NCBI GenBank assembly: GCA_964016885.1
Contig: OZ024741.1
Location: forward strand, 308,946,001 to 309,010,000
Length of the DNA: 64,000 nucleotides
Source: Eledone cirrhosa
Lineage: Eukaryota
Direction: 5' to 3'
Made by a program: the position numbers and the translations under genes. Shown piece by piece: positions 55,543 to 64,000 of the stretch (position 1 is its first letter; every line of letters begins with the position of its first letter). The notes under the pieces are model-generated. The model was not told where the DNA came from and searched no databases. It was given only the letters and a program-made list of their open reading frames with translations.

Positions 55543-55682
55543 AACCAGTAAGACCCCGACAGCTGAGCTCAAGCCGTTTCGACGGCTAATTCTGGACTAA
55601 AAAAATTTTTTTTTTTTTTTTTTCAGTCCAGAATTAGCCGTCGAAACGGCTTGAGCTCAGCTGTCGGGGTCTTACTGGTTCC
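55541..55682. repeat. Inverted repeat, ~58-bp arms around an A/T homopolymer centre
   Basis: ggaaccagtaagaccccgacagctgagctcaagccgtttcgacggctaattctggact and its reverse complement. Confidence 0.9.
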
Positions 55683-55926
55683 TATTACCCACTCTACTAC
55701 CCCAAGTATTGAGTACTTTGGTGCGTTATGGTCCACCTGGTTCCTTACCACATTTCCTTCGTTATATATATATATATATATATATGTGTGTAATAAATGA
55801 AATCTGAGGTTTTCGAATATTAATAATAATATTCGATTCGTTTGCAATTATGCAAACAGCTTCTTTTTTAAAGCCATGTCAGTAGAATGAGCCCCTCATT
55901 CTTGCTCTTGTGTTGGCATGTAAACA

Positions 55927-55976
55927 GAACTGCAGACACTAATGTTTCTGGGTATCACCCTTCATCAGTACAGCTC
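55927..55976 (-). ncRNA. Type I hammerhead ribozyme, family C copy 1
   Basis: Minus strand: GAGCTGTA-CTGATGA-AGGGTGATACCCA-GAAA-CATTAGTGTC^TGCAGTTC. GUC triplet. Confidence 0.8.
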
Positions 55977-56367
55977 ACTGTTCACCTGCAAACTGTCAGA
56001 GCTAGTGACAATATATGCTATTTTCTAAAATATACAGTGACTGATCGGCCTGATTTGTATATTATCAGACTGGCTGATCAATCAGATCTAAATATTAGCA
56101 GATCCACTGATCAGCCAGATTTGCATATCAGCAGTCTGGCCAGTCAGTTTCCTGTATACGATCGATTAATGGCCGGCTTTGCCATATTAAAAAAAAAGAA
56201 AAAAAAGATTTTTGCTCTACATGGCTGAATAAAATAAATGTAATCCGAGTTTTTCGAATATTAATAATAATATTCGTTTCGTTTGCAATCATACAAAAAG
56301 CCTCTTTTTTATAGTCATGTCAGTAGAATGAGCCCCTCATTCTTGCTCTTGTGTTGGCATGTAAACA

Positions 56368-56417
56368 GAACTGCAGACACTAATATTTCTGGGTATTACC
56401 CTTCATCAGTACAGTTC
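56368..56417 (-). ncRNA. Type I hammerhead ribozyme, family C copy 2
   Basis: Minus strand: GAACTGTA-CTGATGA-AGGGTAATACCCA-GAAA-TATTAGTGTC^TGCAGTTC. Direct repeat 441 nt from copy 1. Confidence 0.75.
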
Positions 56418-56619
56418 ACTGTTCACCTGCCAAATGTAAGAGCTAGTGAAAATATATGATATTTTCTAAAATATACAGTGACTGATCGGCCTGATTTGCA
56501 TACTGACTTGGCTTTGAAAAAGAGGCTGTTTGCATAATTGCAAATGAATCGAATATTATTATTAATATTAAAAAAACTCAGATTACATTTATTGTATTCA
56601 GCCATGTAGAGCGAAAATC

Positions 56620-56668
<49 letters not shown>

Positions 56669-56796
56669 AAAGTTTTATTTAAAATTGTTGGGTTACAACA
56701 AGTAAATATTTTATAACTGATATAAAGCACTCGACAATTTTTTGGAGTAGATATACGATATTAAACAAATGGAAACTATATTTATAAAACCATATT

Positions 56797-56862
56797 TATT
56801 TCATTATACATATTTCAGGGATACCATATTAAAAATATGGCATGCCTTCGTCAGATAAAATA
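56797..56862 (-). ncRNA. Type I hammerhead ribozyme, family A variant
   Basis: Minus strand: TATTTTAT-CTGACGA-AGGCATGCCATATT[TTT]AATATGGTATCCCT-GAAA-TATGTATA^ATGAAATA. Confidence 0.75.
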
Positions 56863-56952
56863 CAATATATAAACAGTTTTATAAATAATTTTGACGTACC
56901 ATAAATATAAGCGACCATTAAGGTAGGAAGCTGGCTTGGTAGTTATTAAAAC

Positions 56953-56986
<34 letters not shown>

Positions 56987-57449
56987 GTTTTAATTTGGTG
57001 GTTTACCACTGGGTAGAATTGGTCATGCTTCAATGTTAATCATGACATAATTTGAGAAAAGCACTCGACGTAATGCAACTCATCCATCATTGATGTTGAA
57101 TCATGTTGGTGGTGCGGGAACGGAGTCAAATATATAATAAAGTAAAATGACAGGAGGCCAAATAGGTTGAATTTCCTTAATTATTTATTTTTGCAAACAT
57201 TTCTGTGGCCGGGCTGCGTAAGAACCCGGTGACAATTGCATAATAGATGTATACCAACGGAATGGGGCTGAACACATTCAAAGAGGTTTTAAGGAAAAAA
57301 GGAAAGAACAAATAGAGAAGAAAAAAGTGTGTTTATGTTTTTGACCCAGAGAAGATCGAAGAAGTATGTTGTCATTATGCCATGCCGTCTCAGAGATAAT
57401 AACAACATGCTGCTTCGATATATATATATATATTATATATATTATATAC

Positions 57450-57960
57450 ACTATGTACCCTTCATCACAACACACAACCCAAGAAATACAGAGGTATACA
57501 ACTTTATCCACCAGAACATACCTCTATTGAGACAAAACCCTGGAACGAAAAATGCACTCGAAATACAGAAAAAATGAGCAATAGCAAAAGAAAATCAAAA
57601 TGTCTTTAATAACTACTTACCAGTACCAAATTATTCACCACAAACTCAACACCAACAATCAAAACGCGTGGTAGCCCTAATTGTGGTACTCGCATCAATC
57701 TTATTGAGGACTCATCGTATAAATTTAAACCAGGACAAATTGTTTCACCTCTTCGTCAAAAAATATTTTAAAATGCCATTAAATGTAAAGGGTGTAACGA
57801 AGACTACGTACGAGAAGCGAAACACATTCAGAAACAGAATGGCTATTTATCGTAAACAAATACGAGATTCTAGCACTAGGTAGAGTCCTCTAAGTGGACA
57901 TGTAGACTTATGTGCGACAAATAAGTCCCCAAGTTCCAACTCTGCCCAATTTATCTTTGT
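57450..57960 (+). pseudogene. Penelope-like element RT-thumb/linker/GIY-YIG fragment
   Basis: YVPFITTHNPRNTEVYNFIHQNIPLL ... GSPNCGT ... AIKCKGCNEDYVRE..FRNRMAIYRKQIRD..PLSGHVDLC, with frameshifts. Degenerate GIY-YIG with a Cys-rich linker. Confidence 0.7.
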
Positions 57961-58520
57961 TTAGGCAATAACAGTTCAAACATGAATAAATAAATAAAAT
58001 ATAATTATAGAAAAATATAACTATTCACACACGCGCGCACACACACACACGCACACACGCACACACACATAAGTTACATAGTTACATATGCTGCAAAGCA
58101 TGGCGTCCGACCCTCTACCGATACTGCAAATCACTGAAACGTAGAGGGTGACACTCGTGTTGCATAATGTACAGATGCGTATTTTGCAATCTTCTTACCT
58201 GTCATTTTATTTATCCATCCAATGCAGGCCGAGACTCTGAATTCTTGGCACGTTACCGACATTGGGTCTCAAGCTGCAGCTGTTGTTGTGTCACACGGTA
58301 GCATCATCACCTCGGGAGCAGTCATGGCCTCTCTGTTACCTGAGCGGCGATGTGTATTGTGTTGGAGTGTTGTTAGTGTCTGGTGGTGGGAATTAGGTCT
58401 TGCCATTTGTTGTTGGATTGAAAAGTTCCTCCTTCTGTGTACATGGAAGGGTGTAGGCTTGACGAATAATTGAGGTTATGTTGAGACGGCTATCATCTAA
58501 CAAGATGGAGCAATCATCAC

Positions 58521-58582
<62 letters not shown>

Positions 58583-58833
58583 ACATCATCATCATCATCA
58601 TATAAAAATATATATATTTTTTTTCAGTGTGGTCTACCCTTGGTGGTAGGGTCCGTACCGTAGATAGAGTTCAATGTAATCAGATGGCGAGTAATCCAGT
58701 GAAATCCATAGAAAGGTTCTGTGTTCCGCTGAGTTAATTCCATAGATACAGTCAGATATTAGGTATTACTTTAACAATGAAAATAATAACAACAAAGTCA
58801 AGTTATTATTTTCATTGTTAATTTAATACCTAG

Positions 58834-58977
<144 letters not shown>

Positions 58978-59045
58978 CAAGGTTTAGCAAATAATGAAAA
59001 AGTTTCAAAATAAATTTTAAAAAATTGACTTTACCTACTATAGTT

Positions 59046-59128
59046 ACCTTTACCGATCGGTTTCGAATCTCAAAAATAAACGGAGACCATACGGCCTTCG
59101 TTGCAAAGAAAGATTCTCGTCAGAAGGT
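59046..59128 (-). ncRNA. Type I hammerhead ribozyme, family E copy 1 (large loop II)
   Basis: Minus strand: ACCTT-CTGACGA-GAATCTT[~38 nt]GAGATTC-GAAA-CCGATCGGTA^AAGGT. Canonical G10.1-C11.1 pair and palindromic stem III. Confidence 0.8.
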
Positions 59129-59529
59129 TCTTTTCATTCGAAGAATATAAAATTCTTGAATTTAAATTACGAACTAGCGTTATCCAAAACTGTTCCCGAG
59201 GTGAGAGTGAATGAAGTGGAATCAATTTTTTCAAGGGCCGAAGTAAAGATAGAGGCAGAGGGAGGTAGGTCAAATCGGTCGCCACTATCACTAGTAAGCA
59301 GTCGGAACGACCAAATTTTTTCTCAACATAGAGGAGCATAGTAATAATAGGATATGTGTTCCTTCACGCACGAGGCGCTAAGGGACGCATGTATTGTCCA
59401 ACCAAATGCCAATGTAGTTCAATGGCAGGTTAATAAATTAACGAGCCAGAACATATATAATCAAGGTTTAGCAAATAATGAAAAAGTTTCAAAATAAATT
59501 TTAAAAAATTGACTTTACCTACTATAGTT

Positions 59530-59612
59530 ACCTTTACCGATCGGTTTCGAATCTCAAAAATAAACGGAGACCATACGGCCTTCGTTGCAAAGAAAGATTC
59601 TCGTCAGAAGGT
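59530..59612 (-). ncRNA. Type I hammerhead ribozyme, family E copy 2
   Basis: Identical direct repeat 484 nt from copy 1 (58973-59177 repeated at 59457-59659). Confidence 0.8.
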
Positions 59613-59719
59613 TCTTTTCATTCGAAGAATATAAAATTCTTGAATTTAAATTACGAACTATATATATATATATATATATATATAGTTCGTAATTTAAATT
59701 CAAGAATTATATATATATA

Positions 59720-60068
59720 TATTGGTTTTCTGTTCAGCTCTGCTGATGAATGATATTCCAACCGTGACCATCTCCACTGAAAGTTTTCATGAAATAGTCT
59801 TTTAAGACTATACAGAGCATTTGATGTTATTCCAAATTGAAGGATAAGTGTTTCAAACTTTGTTTTATCATGAGTTAAAGGTCTATAGATTTTTCCATGG
59901 ATTTTACTAAATTCTGTGGATGAATTTGTATCCTGATTCTCTTTTGAGATGAGTTTGAGTTATTTTTCCTAAATCTTTCGTTAACTACTTTTCCCATCTT
60001 GACGTTATAGTCGCATATATGTTATAGAATGCCGTTAGCTTCTTGCTAAAACAATCTCTATACGTCTC

Positions 60069-60136
<68 letters not shown>

Positions 60137-60890
60137 TAGGTATTACATTTTTTTCCCACATCTTACGTTATCTATTTTCACATTTTGACGCTATAGTCAC
60201 ATATATTATGGAATACTGTTGGCTTCTTTCTACAATACTTTCTATACCTTTCATTTATATATTTATACTCGGATTTCTTTCCTAGAGTGCTTAAATTATT
60301 TGTGACTAATCCCGGTATTTAAAAAAAAAAAAAACGCGATAATATTGCTTTTTGCTGAACTCCTTATTGTAGAGTTTTTTTCGGAATGTTTTTGACTGTT
60401 GTTTCATGTAAACAAACATTCGTCTCATTCTGACGTCACCAGCCCTGTTTTTCCACATGTGCGTTTTATTTTCATAATCACGCATGATGTTAAACTAGCC
60501 TGCTTTTAAATTCCCTTTTTGGCATATTAATCAGTGAGAATCTGGCTATCGTGTTGAGCTCTGCTGATGATCGTATTCCAACCGTGACCATCTCCACTGA
60601 AAGTTTACGTGAAATAGTCTTTTTCAAGACTATACAGAGCATTTGTAGTTGTCCCAAATTGAAGGATGAGTATTTTAAACTTTATTTTATCATGAGTTAA
60701 GGCTCTATTGATTTTTCCCTGGATTTCACTAAATTCTGTTGGATGAATCTATATCCTGATTCTTTTTGAATTGAGTTTGAATTATTTTTCCCACATCTTA
60801 CGTTAACTATTTTCCCATTTTTACTCTATAGTCACTTATATATTATGGAATACTGTTGGCTTTTTGCTACAATACTTTCTATACCTTTCA
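59720..60890. repeat. Diverged local duplications of an unclassified interspersed repeat
   Basis: ~59730-60070 resembles ~60553-60890. A partial copy lies at 60148-60260 and a fragment at ~7042-7125. Confidence 0.7.
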
Positions 60891-60903
60891 TTTATATATA
60901 TAC

Positions 60904-61048
<145 letters not shown>

Positions 61049-61128
61049 AGGCGGTCACCCACGCTGGCAACTGGTGGCTCTGGCCGCTTTCAGGTCTTTA
61101 TTATATTCCTTTATTAGATAATTTTCGT

Positions 61129-61188
61129 AACACCTGATGATGTCACCGGGTTCATGCTGAACCCGGTGATTGAAATGTGTATAGTGTT
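61129..61188 (+). ncRNA. Type I hammerhead ribozyme, family D
   Basis: AACAC-CTGATGA-TG TCACCGGGTTCA[TGC]TGAACCCGGTGA TT-GAAA-TGTGTATA^GTGTT. It lies between ~38-bp inverted repeats (61045-61082 / 61258-61296) flanked by (TA)n. Confidence 0.8.
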
Positions 61189-61292
61189 TATAATAAATCT
61201 TTAAGGAATTTCACCAGTGCAGCCTCCTGTCATTTTACTCAATAATTATATATATATACAGAGCCACCAGTTGCCAGCGTGGGTGACCGCCT

Positions 61293-61372
<80 letters not shown>

Positions 61373-61649
61373 TTTTAACTTCCTTCCCTAACCTTCTCAC
61401 ACTACTCTTATGTGTATCTGTTCTCGTTTTATCCGAACTTTCCTGGAGAAGGACTTCTGTCCGAAACGTTGAAACATCCTCTGCTTCCACGAAGCTTGAA
61501 TCTAATATAACTGTAAAATTGCCTCCTGCGATTTGTTTGTATACAGCAAATTTAATATAGAAATGGCTTCTACAAGACTAGAACTGTTTCATTCGTATTT
61601 CTTTCTCGCTCTTCCTTCTGTCCCTTTTACTTCCTCTCTCCTTCTCCCC

Positions 61650-61712
<63 letters not shown>

Positions 61713-61809
61713 TGGATATTTCTATAAAATAATCAACCACACCATATTTCATTCAACTCGCTTTCACTCTTTCCCACTCATTCTCAATTGATCTTTTACT
61801 TTTACTTTT

Positions 61810-62590
<781 letters not shown>

Positions 62591-62974
62591 TTACCCCCCC
62601 TCCCGCTTACCCCCCCTCCGTGTCCCCCCCCCCTCTGTCTCTCTTGTGCATTCTCACCTCTTTCTTGCCCTTCATCTATTTGTTCTCCTTTCTAGAAACC
62701 CGTTTCACTCGTCCATTATAGTTTGCCTTCATTCATTCATTTGTTCTTCATTCATTTTGACTCATTCCTGTACCGACCCACTTTTTGGCATCTATTTTTA
62801 ATGAACATATATACACACGCACACGTGCATACACAGACGTATGTATACATATACACACGCGAGCACACACATACAGATACACATATAGTTATGTTCATAC
62901 ACACTCGCTCACACTCATACACACACACACATATAAATATAAACAAGATATTTTTTCTACCAATCAGGCGTGAG

Positions 62975-63700
62975 AGACTACACTTACACGCTCATCCACC
63001 CATCGCATATACACACATACACGCACACATACAAACTCACTCATACACACACAAACACACACAAACACAGACACATTCACACACCCACAAACACACACTC
63101 CACACTTACACTTTCATCCACCCACATTATACACACATACACACACATTCACACACACATTCACACACAGACACACACTTCACACTTGCACTCTCATCCA
63201 CCCATCGCACACACACACACACACACGCACACACAGATACACACTCACTCATACATACACAACCACACACACACACACAAACACACACACCTATTCACAC
63301 ACCCACAAACACACACTCCACACTTACACTCTCATCCACCCACAGCATACACACATACACACACACATTCACACACCCACAAACACACACTCCACACTTA
63401 CACTCTCATCCACCCATCGCACGCACACACACACACACACACACATACACACTCACACATACACACACAACCACACGCACACAAACACACACACCCATTC
63501 ACACACTCACAAACACACACTCCACACTTACACTCTCATCCACCCATCGCACGCACACACACACACACACACATACACACTCACACATACACACACAACC
63601 ACACGCACACAAACACACACACACATTCACACACCCACAAACACACACTCCACACTTACACTCTCATCTACCCATCGCATACACATACATATTCACATAA
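62975..63700. repeat. CA-derived minisatellite with core cccacaaacacacactccacacttacactctcatccacccatcgc
   Basis: Core recurs about 7 times with variable (CA)n spacers. Confidence 0.85.
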
Positions 63701-64000
63701 ACACACACACATAATTACTTATTGTTTTGTTTGTTTTACTCATTAGACTACGATCATACTGGAGCGTCGCCTTGAAGGGATTCTGTTGATTGTTTTGACC
63801 ACAATACTTACGTAATCAAATCGTTATAGCACACGTAAACATAGACACACACATACACAAACATCTATCTCAATATATACGTATGTGTGTGTGTACGTGT
63901 GTGTGTGTGTGCGTGTCTGCGTGTGTGTGTACGTGTGTATGCGCAGAAAGACTGTTATTCATTGAACCAATGAAATATGAGGCCATATACATACTTTTAA

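Overview
Eukaryotic, repeat-saturated genomic DNA. The tRNA-derived SINE family and the extreme microsatellite density suggest an octopod cephalopod (inference). No conventional host gene exon could be identified. About 29 kb (8188-37426) is one giant G/T-rich, triplet-periodic array built from three successive related units (18, 27 and 45 bp). It reads as Gly-rich (GVGGGY/N, SVGVVDGGN, GIGVVADVDGGDGGN) on +, or Thr/Asn/Ile-rich on -, but is broken by 8 single-base frameshifts and one stop, so its coding status is unresolved. The flanks hold transposon debris: RTE-derived bipartite SINEs, R4-clade and Ingi/Vingi-like LINE fragments, two non-autonomous Helitrons, Penelope-like GIY-YIG fragments and SINEs. 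The most striking hidden feature is at least 12 core-intact type I hammerhead ribozymes from five unrelated families, sitting in (TA)n-flanked direct and inverted repeats. Two are tandem pairs (441 and 484 nt apart) with retrozyme-like architecture.
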